Of a stretch of DNA of 64,000 nt, positions 11,019 through 19,428 are shown piece by piece. Source of the stretch: a virus. Its lineage: Duplodnaviria; Caudoviricetes. The translations under genes and the position numbers were made by a program. The notes beneath the pieces are model-generated. The model was not told where the DNA came from and made no database searches. It was given only the letters and a program-made list of their open reading frames with translations. The stretch's first letter is position 1. The number at the start of each line of letters is the position of its first letter. The stretch lies in the IMG/VR virus record IMGVR_UViG_3300010167_000013; one strand, given 5' to 3'.

Positions 11019-12309
11019 ATTTGCAGTGTTTTTTTACAAATTCATCCACAGTCAATTTCAGGAAAATGACATCGAATTGCAAGTCAGCTACCGTTAGTTT
11101 GTCACTCTTCAGCTTCATGCTGTCTGGAAGAATCTTTCCATCGTAGTAATCGTACGTGAACTTTTTGAATACCTCCATGCCTACCAGTGGTATCTCTAGG
11201 ACCAGATCAATTCTACCTGGTCTCAAGAATACCGGAGAAAACTTCTCGATGTAGTTTGTTGTCATGATGGTAATTCTGTCTTCTCCACTAGTGATTCCAT
11301 CTAGAGCATTCAGCATATGACCAAATGTCTGTCTATATCCAATCTTATCCTCTTTCCCTATCTCCTCTTTCTCTAATTCGATATCTGTGTCACTAATGAG
11401 GAAAGGATACTTGTCGATGTCCGATATGATAAACAGAGGATAGGTCACATCATTGCTGTTGGACTCCAGTGCATGTGGAATAAATCTCCCACCTTTACCT
11501 CCCCGTATCACATAGATATTACGACCCCATTCAGACGCAAGTGTCTTGGCTATGGACTCTTTACCTGATGCAGGAGGTCCATGTAAGACGATCTTCAAGT
11601 TATGTGTTCTACCTATTTTCTTGTAGTACTCTTTCGATGCAAAGAAGTTGTTCACGGTATCGATTAGTTTCGTCTTGATCTCCTTCGGTAAATATATTGT
11701 AGACATACTACGTTTGTTGATCGGAAGTCCCTTCATCCAGTAAGTGTATCCATCAGATCCTTCATGAAGATCATGATACACATTTACTGTTGGAGAGTCA
11801 GGTCTCAACTTCAGTAGACTGTTCCTGTGTAGAATCATATCCCGTTCAAAATTTACAACGAATGCTGGATCAAGATTGTAGGTAATGATTGTGTACGTTC
11901 TTTCGACATTTATCCTACCACTTGGGTAACTGATTGATTTTGTCTGAATTATCAGAATAATATTGTAGTCCATGTATTTCAAGGTATGAGTACCATCAGC
12001 AAGACGATAGTAGATGTCGGTGGTATCCTGATCTGAGTTAGCTAACTCCAACCTACTACTCTTCTTGACATCATTGTACTTGTACAATATTCCGTACAAT
12101 GATTCCTCCAACCACTGATCGGAATATGTTACTCCAATCTTGAAGGTTATTTCTCTCTGGAATCTTCCTCTGATTGATTTGATTACGAATGAACCAACAG
12201 TGGTAACTACATCGGTGAGATTCTCATCGATTAGTTCATTCAATGGTCCAAGTAGAACCCTACCTAGTCTATCCTTGACTACTCCCTTTGCTCTTGTTAC
12301 TACATCCAT
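11017..12309 (-). CDS. BCS1-like AAA+ ATPase
   Basis: Walker A HGPPASGKE, Walker B IISDIDK, LNALDGI, SRH MTTNY...FLRPGRID; start set to the ATG at 12309 behind a GGGGG RBS. Confidence 0.75.
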   Translation of the reverse strand: MDVVTRAKGVVKDRLGRVLLGPLNELIDENLTDVVTTVGSFVIKSIRGRFQREITFKIGVTYSDQWLEESLYGILYKYNDVKKSSRLELANSDQDTTDIYYRLADGTHTLKYMDYNIILIIQTKSISYPSGRINVERTYTIITYNLDPAFVVNFERDMILHRNSLLKLRPDSPTVNVYHDLHEGSDGYTYWMKGLPINKRSMSTIYLPKEIKTKLIDTVNNFFASKEYYKKIGRTHNLKIVLHGPPASGKESIAKTLASEWGRNIYVIRGGKGGRFIPHALESNSNDVTYPLFIISDIDKYPFLISDTDIELEKEEIGKEDKIGYRQTFGHMLNALDGITSGEDRITIMTTNYIEKFSPVFLRPGRIDLVLEIPLVGMEVFKKFTYDYYDGKILPDSMKLKSDKLTVADLQFDVIFLKLTVDEFVKKHCK

Positions 12310-12370
12310 GTCTACAACCCCCAGTAGAAATATCCAGACCCGTCCAATGACGGGTCTGGATTCACACATT

Positions 12371-13636
12371 TTATTTTATGAATTTATCGAACAGCGTCTT
12401 TGGTTTTATCTGCTCTTCTCTCTTCAGCTTTTGTATTTCCTTCTTCCGTGCTAGTATTTCATTGTACTCATGGTCTTCATTTGAAACATACTTCGATGAC
12501 TCATCTGTAGCTTTGGCTCTCCTCAACTCCTGAATCCTCTCTGCTATCTTCTTGGACCTATCATTGATTGGAGATAATCCAGATGCCACCAGGTACAGGA
12601 AGTTGTGAGCTTCTCCTTTGTCATTGACAGCGTTGTGATTGAATCTCTCAATCGGAGTACCAACGAAGTCACAGAGTTTCTCCAGCTTGGATTGGTAGAG
12701 CTTATTTACTTCCTGGGTGAAATACGATATGATTCCCCACTTTGCTACCCTCTTGTTCCGATCTGTCTCAGTGTGACATGACTGTTTGATGGCCTTGATA
12801 ATGATGTCGTCGATCGATGCATCTTCCAGTACTTTCTCTGTCAATCCTTTCTTTATTCTAGTAACTAAAAGTCTACCAGGTTCCTTGATGATACTCTCCA
12901 TGTCTGCCTTGTCTATCGAGTCATATGGAGTTGGGTAGTTGTCAATACATGTGAGTATTCTGAGATCTTCAACTATTCCATCATTCACAAGTTCAAGACA
13001 TTCGGTATCGGAGAATTGAGATCTGGTTTCATTGTCATAGATCATGTAGACGGTATCATCATCCAGATCATTGTACAATTCACTCAAGAACTCCTCTGTG
13101 TTCTGTTGATTACCCTCATTTGCTTGGATTTGAGGTAATACTGCAACTAGAATGAAATGAGTATCGGGGAAGCAATTTTTGAGAACATACATCAGTCCAG
13201 GTCCAGCCCCACTGCCAGTACCTCCAGCTGTAGATACCACAATGAAGACATATCTCTTTTCCTTGATGAGAGATTTGAAATCCTCTCTGGTAAGAATTAC
13301 ATCCAATTCCTCCCTGATGTAGTTCTTCATTTTGAATCGATTGGCACCAGTTCCCTCTATTTCATCCCTGTCACCAATTTTGAATTTGATGGTTCCTTCT
13401 CCAACCATTGACAGGTCTGTATCAGAGGTATTGATGTAGATAGTGTCGAATAAGTTGGAGTACCTCTGCTCCATGAGCCATGTTATTTGCGACCCACAAT
13501 TCCCTATTCCGATCATTGCAAATTCCTTCTTCATTTCTTTCCGTCCCTTCATTTTTGATGTTTTTATTCCCGATATTATTTTCAACATCGGAGATACGTT
13601 CTGGAGTTTGTACCAAGCATTACCATGTGAGTTCAC
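12371..13636 (-). CDS. tubulin/FtsZ-family GTPase (PhuZ/TubZ-like)
   Basis: IGIGNCGSQI, INTS, GTGANR, tubulin signature AGGTGSG, T7-like SIDKAD, helical C-terminal tail; start may instead be the ATG at 13534. Confidence 0.9.
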   Translation of the reverse strand: MNSHGNAWYKLQNVSPMLKIISGIKTSKMKGRKEMKKEFAMIGIGNCGSQITWLMEQRYSNLFDTIYINTSDTDLSMVGEGTIKFKIGDRDEIEGTGANRFKMKNYIREELDVILTREDFKSLIKEKRYVFIVVSTAGGTGSGAGPGLMYVLKNCFPDTHFILVAVLPQIQANEGNQQNTEEFLSELYNDLDDDTVYMIYDNETRSQFSDTECLELVNDGIVEDLRILTCIDNYPTPYDSIDKADMESIIKEPGRLLVTRIKKGLTEKVLEDASIDDIIIKAIKQSCHTETDRNKRVAKWGIISYFTQEVNKLYQSKLEKLCDFVGTPIERFNHNAVNDKGEAHNFLYLVASGLSPINDRSKKIAERIQELRRAKATDESSKYVSNEDHEYNEILARKKEIQKLKREEQIKPKTLFDKFIK

Positions 13637-13702
13637 AATGAAGTTTCCTCCTCAAATCAAATAACATTGTTCACAAATGATAAATTATCCCACTCATACT
13701 CT

Positions 13703-13734
13703 ATAATATATAATCGAATAGAATTATATATTCT
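13703..13734. promoter_or_regulatory. back-to-back divergent phage promoters
   Basis: motif on - at 13703-13714 (tubulin operon) and on + at 13722-13734 (primase operon). Confidence 0.65.
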
Positions 13735-13774
13735 ATGACATACGGAAGATCATTGCTTTAGAGGAGAAAAGATT

Positions 13775-14749
13775 ATGAATATGATGGAAATAAAATTGAA
13801 GACAATGGATGAGATAGAGAAGACCCAACCAATATTCAGGAAAGCAGGAACCTCTGAGTTCAAGATTCGATGTCCAATCTGTGGGGATAGTCAGAAGGAT
13901 CCAAATGATGCCCACATGTATTTGAAATGTAGTTTGGATCCAAGTGAACCGATCCTGTACAACTGCTTCAAATGTAATGCCAAGGGGAAGGTTACGAAAA
14001 ACTTCCTGGAGAAATTAGGCATTGACACTAGGGAACTATCAGAACTAGATGATCAGATCTTCAACAAGATACATTCTGTGAAGAAGACCAATGTAGATAT
14101 ACTTACTGGGACACCTGTGCTGGAATCAAATCAGACTAACTACATCACTCAAAGATTGGGAAAGGGATTCAGTGCATATGACTACGACAAGTTCAAGATA
14201 ATATGGGATATGAATACACTGATTCCATATATCACTGACACTAGGATCAAGAACACTCTCCCTAGTAACAGAGATAGTGTTTCGTTTCTCTCAGATGATA
14301 AGTCTTCGATACTGACTAGGTTCTTCTGGGACGACTATCCAAGATGGAAGAAGAGTAAGGTATTCTCCTCTGAGAATAAATCATTTTATACCATCAAGAC
14401 AACAATAGATTTACTCACAAAAGATCTGATAGTTGTCAACATCGCTGAAGGAATATTCGACATACTGTCAGTGTACAAGAACTTCAGTACAGTAGAGAAC
14501 TCAGTTCATATTGCTACACTTGGATCTGATTACGAGAGTGGAGTACATCATGCCATTGGGAATGGATTCATTGGAGATAACATTGTACTCAGAATATATA
14601 TTGACAGTGACATCGATGAGAAGATGTTGAAGTACCGAATTAAACGATACAAATGGCTATTCAATAAAATATATATATGTAAAAATGGGTTAGGTAACGA
14701 TTTCGGAGTACACATCAAGGATATACAATTGGTAGAGTATCTAATATGA
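13775..14749 (+). CDS. DNA primase (T4 gp61/DnaG-like)
   Basis: Zn finger CPICGDS...CFKC; TOPRIM motifs IAEGIFD and YIDSD. Confidence 0.85.
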   Translation: MNMMEIKLKTMDEIEKTQPIFRKAGTSEFKIRCPICGDSQKDPNDAHMYLKCSLDPSEPILYNCFKCNAKGKVTKNFLEKLGIDTRELSELDDQIFNKIHSVKKTNVDILTGTPVLESNQTNYITQRLGKGFSAYDYDKFKIIWDMNTLIPYITDTRIKNTLPSNRDSVSFLSDDKSSILTRFFWDDYPRWKKSKVFSSENKSFYTIKTTIDLLTKDLIVVNIAEGIFDILSVYKNFSTVENSVHIATLGSDYESGVHHAIGNGFIGDNIVLRIYIDSDIDEKMLKYRIKRYKWLFNKIYICKNGLGNDFGVHIKDIQLVEYLI

Positions 14750-14761
14750 GGAGGAAGAATA

Positions 14762-15157
14762 ATGATTACCATGGAATACTTGAAACAGCTAGAGAAAGAG
14801 TACGATGAGTGCATGGGAGTTCAGGGGTGTGGCAACGCAACGACATGCTTCGATTTGATCAACAAAGGTCGTGCCATGCTGAAAGAAGCATTGGCATTAG
14901 TTGAAGAAAGAGATACTGCACTAATAGCATTGAAAGAGATACAGAAGGTCATAGATGTATATCGCAAAGAAGAGGTTCAGCCTCAGAAACCTCCGAAACG
15001 TACAGTGGTTATACCATGGGATGACACCAGATGCCCGAGATGCGAAGAGGATTGCTATGTAGATAATCCAAGTAGTATTACCTGTGAGCATTGTGGATAT
15101 AAATTTGCTATCCTATATGGTGGAATCGGTGCTGGTGGTAAATCTACTACTAATTAG
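14762..15157 (+). CDS. hypothetical Zn-ribbon protein
   Basis: GGAGG RBS; CPRC...CEHC. Confidence 0.65.
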   Translation: MITMEYLKQLEKEYDECMGVQGCGNATTCFDLINKGRAMLKEALALVEERDTALIALKEIQKVIDVYRKEEVQPQKPPKRTVVIPWDDTRCPRCEEDCYVDNPSSITCEHCGYKFAILYGGIGAGGKSTTN

Positions 15158-15171
15158 ACTGGAGATACCAT

Positions 15172-16254
15172 ATGGAGGTATACAAACCGGGGATTTCATT
15201 GTCTTCCAATCTATTGATGTTGAAATGGGATCTCCTGAACTCACATGTACACCATCACCCAATCAAAATAACTCCAGGGGATCACATCAATGTATTCATC
15301 AACTTTGAGGGAATACTACGCAATCTCAGCATGCAGAAAAATCTGTCAAACCTGGTGAGCTTTCACAAACAGAAGGTTGTACTAGAACTGGAATCATCTA
15401 TTCTCAACCTAATCGGTGCATACAGAACATACTTCAAGAAGGAAAGATGTATCCCGAAGATGTATTTCTACTTCACCGACTTGAATGATAGGAAGCAACA
15501 GATGACTGTGTACAATAAATTCTACAGAACGTACTACAGGAACAAGTATGTACAGAACCCACAGTTTAGAGATATGGGTATATTGTTGAATAAAACAATA
15601 ATACCAGAGGTGAAACTGATCCTCTCATATATCCCTGATTGTTACTTCATCGAGAGCAAGACATTTGATGGGAGCATAATTCCCCTGATAGTATCATCGT
15701 TCTCTGATTCCAAGAACGTAATAATCACAACAGATATATTTGACACTCTCTATCTGTACAATCCCAACTTCTTGGTGATCTACATCAAGAGAAGATATTC
15801 GAACTTTAGTGTGATGAGTACGATACAGGATACTGTTGAGTCCATCATCAAGAACGAGAATCCGTTTGATCTGACACTATTCAATTCAGAGTTGTACTAC
15901 AAGTTGCTGTTGTCTATCAAGGGAAGCAAGATCAGAAATATCAGTTCAGCAAAAGGATTTGGGTATGGAAAGTGTCTGAAGTTATTGAAGGAAGGATTGG
16001 AGAAGGATATAGTACTGAGAGACTTTGAGTCAATAGGCTCAGTACTTCAATTGTTTCCAGAGAAGTACCAAATGGATATCAAGGATGCATTCCAGTGTAC
16101 AGATTTAGATATCCAGTATGGGTTATTGAGTGATACCGATATTGAGGAAATAAAATCCCAGATGGTGGACAAGATGGATGTTGCCTCAATGGAAGCATTG
16201 AACAACAAACGGTTTCTGGAATTCCCGATACAACTGCAAAATTTATTAGATTAG
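15172..16254 (+). CDS. divergent 5'-3' exonuclease/FEN-fold protein, probably degenerate
   Basis: FINFE, IITTDIFD and helix-hairpin-like KGFGYGKCLKLL resemble the PolI/T4 RNase H family; acidic motifs look incomplete. Confidence 0.45.
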   Translation: MEVYKPGISLSSNLLMLKWDLLNSHVHHHPIKITPGDHINVFINFEGILRNLSMQKNLSNLVSFHKQKVVLELESSILNLIGAYRTYFKKERCIPKMYFYFTDLNDRKQQMTVYNKFYRTYYRNKYVQNPQFRDMGILLNKTIIPEVKLILSYIPDCYFIESKTFDGSIIPLIVSSFSDSKNVIITTDIFDTLYLYNPNFLVIYIKRRYSNFSVMSTIQDTVESIIKNENPFDLTLFNSELYYKLLLSIKGSKIRNISSAKGFGYGKCLKLLKEGLEKDIVLRDFESIGSVLQLFPEKYQMDIKDAFQCTDLDIQYGLLSDTDIEEIKSQMVDKMDVASMEALNNKRFLEFPIQLQNLLD

Positions 16255-16288
16255 TAAGTATCATTAGTACTAAATCTCAAAAATAAGC

Positions 16289-16326
16289 AAAAAATAAACG
16301 AGGGTATTATCCCTCGTTTATTTTTT
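16289..16326. terminator. bidirectional terminator
   Basis: AAAAAATAAACGAGGG-tattat-CCCTCGTTTATTTTTT. Confidence 0.8.
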
Positions 16327-16329
16327 TAT

Positions 16330-16755
16330 TTACTTCTTTAGATCGGCAAACAATGTAGCAGTACTAATTTCGCCATTCCAATGTTTTAACATTATTCCAT
16401 GATTAGCTGAAATATAATCAAACACTTCATCTTTCGGTTTTCCTTTTAACTCTTTTTCTGCCTTTGTTAATTGTGTTCCTTTTAATAGAATTTCAGGTTG
16501 TTCTGCAATACTTACTGGAATCAGATTATCACTCTTCACCCTTACTTTTACTCTAGGGGTATCGTGTTTATTCTGTCTAGACTTTCCTGCATCATCAAAC
16601 CATAGTCCATATGGAAGTCCTGAATCCTCAGGTTGAAAATTTGCCATCTCAAATATTCCATCTTTGTACATGGCAATATTTTCCAACACTTGTAACTGAA
16701 ATGCTTTCATTTCAACAGTTGCTACTTCCTTACCAACTTTTTTTATATCGTTCAT
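16330..16755 (-). CDS. DUF4160-like protein
   Basis: SGLPYGLW...KHDTPRVKV...NHGIMLKHW pattern; probable start at ATG 16755. Confidence 0.45.
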   Translation of the reverse strand: MNDIKKVGKEVATVEMKAFQLQVLENIAMYKDGIFEMANFQPEDSGLPYGLWFDDAGKSRQNKHDTPRVKVRVKSDNLIPVSIAEQPEILLKGTQLTKAEKELKGKPKDEVFDYISANHGIMLKHWNGEISTATLFADLKK

Positions 16756-16772
16756 TGACACTTCCCTTCCTA

Positions 16773-16802
16773 TTCTATTTTGCAAACTTCTATTTTGCAA
16801 AC
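16773..16802 (+). repeat. 15 bp tandem duplication
   Basis: TTCTATTTTGCAAAC x2 spanning the stop codon of the MazG-like gene. Confidence 0.85.
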
Positions 16803-17140
16803 TTCTCTAATTTTGTTGTTGTCTTGTATCGTATTGCATTTGATAATTCTTCCGCTGATATGTCACTGAACAGACAGGCATTGACAACTTGAATAAATAC
16901 ATCTGCTAGTTCTTCTGCTTTTGCTTCTTTATTTATATACTCTGGGAATTTGTATCCTGGTATATTGAGCTCCAGACCCTTTGGTCTATTGTCCTCCTTC
17001 TTCGCTTCCTCTGCTTCTTCATGGATACCTGCGATTGCTTTCCAGAAGTACTCTGGGTTATCTCCGACTTTTATTCCCAGTACTTCCTGTATTTGTTTCT
17101 GTATTACAAATGCCTCATGGATACATTGATTATCCATCAT
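16790..17140 (-). CDS. all-alpha NTP pyrophosphohydrolase (dimeric dUTPase/MazG-like)
   Basis: EEAEE...EELADVF metal-binding motifs. Confidence 0.7.
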   Translation of the reverse strand: MMDNQCIHEAFVIQKQIQEVLGIKVGDNPEYFWKAIAGIHEEAEEAKKEDNRPKGLELNIPGYKFPEYINKEAKAEELADVFIQVVNACLFSDISAEELSNAIRYKTTTKLEKFAK

Positions 17141-17155
17141 ATAACCTCCACACTA

Positions 17156-17168
17156 AGAATATATAATT
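17156..17168 (-). promoter_or_regulatory. phage promoter motif AATTATATATTCT
   Basis: exact consensus directly upstream of the GGAGG RBS of 17140. Confidence 0.7.
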
Positions 17169-17188
17169 AAGAATTAATAATATCCGAT

Positions 17189-17226
17189 GACATGAAGGGA
17201 TCCTCATATGAGGATCCCTTCATGTC
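17189..17226. terminator. perfect 38 bp palindrome / terminator
   Basis: GACATGAAGGGATCCTCAT|ATGAGGATCCCTTCATGTC downstream of 17243. Confidence 0.7.
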
Positions 17227-17242
17227 CCTCCACTGAAAATAT

Positions 17243-18310
17243 TTAAACACTTACTCTTGGAAGGAAGTTTCCTGTCAGATAAACACGGTGTGGTCTATCT
17301 AAAACTAATTTTTTGACATGACCAATTGCATGCCATTCGATGGACTTGATCTGTAGCTTGAACTTAGGTTCTCTGTTGACTATTCTTTTTTTGTTCAACA
17401 TCATTTTTTCCATGAAGTCGATGTAGTAAAAAAACCCAGGATAGTTATCATGATGGGTTTGTACGTCAAGTCTGTATTTTCTCCCTCTAGCTACTGGAAG
17501 GTGTGGATCGTAGGAGATGATCGATAACACCCCAAGACTCCACAGAACCTCTTGAACAGCCTTCAGTTTTTCCTCATCATGATGAGCTATTGCGCAATTA
17601 TCAGGAAAGAAGTACTCGTCGAACCCGGTGTCAAACACCCCTCGAATGAATTGCCATCTGTCATTCAGAGAAGCTCTTCTATATTCCATTGGTATTATTG
17701 GATAATTTTTATTTCTAGCACGAAAGGTATACAATGGAAAGAAGTCCCACCATCTCAGTATCTGATTTCTGGGAGCTCCATTGTAGGTGAAGTATACCGT
17801 ATTATCACTCAACTTATCTGCAAAGTTCAGTTGATACTTGTGGGCAAGGAAAGCATTCGTTGCTGGTCTATCTAATGGTAGATTGATGTACTCATCATCA
17901 TAGTTTCCATATATCAGCAGTGCTCCAGCAATATATGGATCCGGAACCAGAATATCACGAATACTACTCTTGTTGTATGTAATTGCACTTATTTTGATAT
18001 TTCCCCTGGTTGAATTTACACTGGTAGGATGATCAAGCATGAAATTTTCTCGTTCTCTCAGCAATGTGTCTACGTTTGTGATAGAATACCCAATAAACAT
18101 CAATTCCGACAACGTGTAATAATCTACTCTTCCGTCTGTGTATTCAACTTTGTAGATTTTCTCAGTTCTAGAGTTTACTATACTTCGAACTTCATACTCT
18201 TCACTGGTTTTGTAATCGTACACAATGTCTCCAACATATACGTGTTCGATTGGTACATCTCCATCTTGTGTCTGAATGATTATGGGTATACTATCTCCAA
18301 AGGTATTCAT
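17243..18310 (-). CDS. free-standing intein-derived protein (HINT-like plus degenerate LAGLIDADG)
   Basis: block-A-like IQTQDGDVPIEHVYVGDIVY; LAGLIDADG-like PYIAGALLIYG and FIRGVFDTG; block-G-like VYLTGNFL; no Cys1 and no terminal HN; own GGGAGG RBS. Confidence 0.65.
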   Translation of the reverse strand: MNTFGDSIPIIIQTQDGDVPIEHVYVGDIVYDYKTSEEYEVRSIVNSRTEKIYKVEYTDGRVDYYTLSELMFIGYSITNVDTLLRERENFMLDHPTSVNSTRGNIKISAITYNKSSIRDILVPDPYIAGALLIYGNYDDEYINLPLDRPATNAFLAHKYQLNFADKLSDNTVYFTYNGAPRNQILRWWDFFPLYTFRARNKNYPIIPMEYRRASLNDRWQFIRGVFDTGFDEYFFPDNCAIAHHDEEKLKAVQEVLWSLGVLSIISYDPHLPVARGRKYRLDVQTHHDNYPGFFYYIDFMEKMMLNKKRIVNREPKFKLQIKSIEWHAIGHVKKLVLDRPHRVYLTGNFLPRVSV

Positions 18311-18403
18311 GTTATCCTCCCTCCTGTTGATATGGGCAATAATATTAATCAACGGTTCAGAAACAAGCATATTAACCATCGAAGGTAAAGGAGTTCAGAC
18401 GAT

Positions 18404-19411
18404 ATGACAGAGAGTAGTGCTACAATTTCTTCAATTTATTCTGAGTTGGTCAACAAACGTAGGGCTGATAAAGAAGCGAAAGATGAGCAGAAAAGGCTGG
18501 AGAAAGAAGCCAAGAGGCTAGAAAAAGAAGGCTCAGAAGAAGAAACACCGAAAACTAAAAAGGAAAAAAGGCAAGCTGAGCTAGATGCATGGAATGAGAT
18601 TATCATTGGACTGACAGGTGATGATTTAGACTACATTCCCAAGAAGAAAAACAAGAGGAAATATAAAAAGTGGGTTGGTGATGAGCTCACAGAGAATGTA
18701 GTACTGAAAGGGAAAGCTCAGAAAAAGAAAAAGAGGAACTACAACAAGGAGTTTGAACCAGAACTAAATATGTTGAAAGCTGTTGTTGCAGACCAAAACA
18801 AATTCATTGCTGATCTCCAGAAGAGATATCAAACTGCAGCTGGTCCTAATACCAAAGATGCTATGCCACTGAATAAGAACCTAATAGAGTTAGCCGCTGT
18901 CGTCAACAATGCTAGAGGTAACTCTCTTGGACTGTTGAGAGAAATTGGAAATATCAAGAGAACGATAGCCAATCTCTACATGGATCAGAAAAACTTTGAT
19001 GCTAAATATGGAGGTCTTGGGAGTTTAGAATCACAGGATCTTGGGCTAATGGGATCAAATATAGCAAGCTCCATGTTCAATCCTACTGGTAATCCAATTT
19101 ATTCTGCTCCTACTGTAGATTCCAATGTTCCGACTATGCCTAGTCAGGAAATGGTGTTTTCAAGATTCGATCCATCTACATGGGATGGTGGGGGACTAGT
19201 GGATGATAGTACCAGGTTTGAAACAATGGATAAAACAATAGTAGTTGAATGGCACAAAGAATCTGACATAGCTAGATTCAAGGCAGTTGATCCAAGTGGG
19301 AATGAGATAGTAGGATGTCCAGTGCCAACCTGTTCCATCAAGACAATCGATCAGAACAATAAGATGGCCAAAGATGAGTTTGACCAGGTATATCAGGTGG
19401 AAGTTATCTAG
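18404..19411 (+). CDS. hypothetical protein with Lys-rich coiled-coil N-terminus
   Basis: 335 aa, AAGGAG RBS. Confidence 0.7.
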   Translation: MTESSATISSIYSELVNKRRADKEAKDEQKRLEKEAKRLEKEGSEEETPKTKKEKRQAELDAWNEIIIGLTGDDLDYIPKKKNKRKYKKWVGDELTENVVLKGKAQKKKKRNYNKEFEPELNMLKAVVADQNKFIADLQKRYQTAAGPNTKDAMPLNKNLIELAAVVNNARGNSLGLLREIGNIKRTIANLYMDQKNFDAKYGGLGSLESQDLGLMGSNIASSMFNPTGNPIYSAPTVDSNVPTMPSQEMVFSRFDPSTWDGGGLVDDSTRFETMDKTIVVEWHKESDIARFKAVDPSGNEIVGCPVPTCSIKTIDQNNKMAKDEFDQVYQVEVI

Positions 19412-19428
19412 TAGGAAGGAGGGATATA

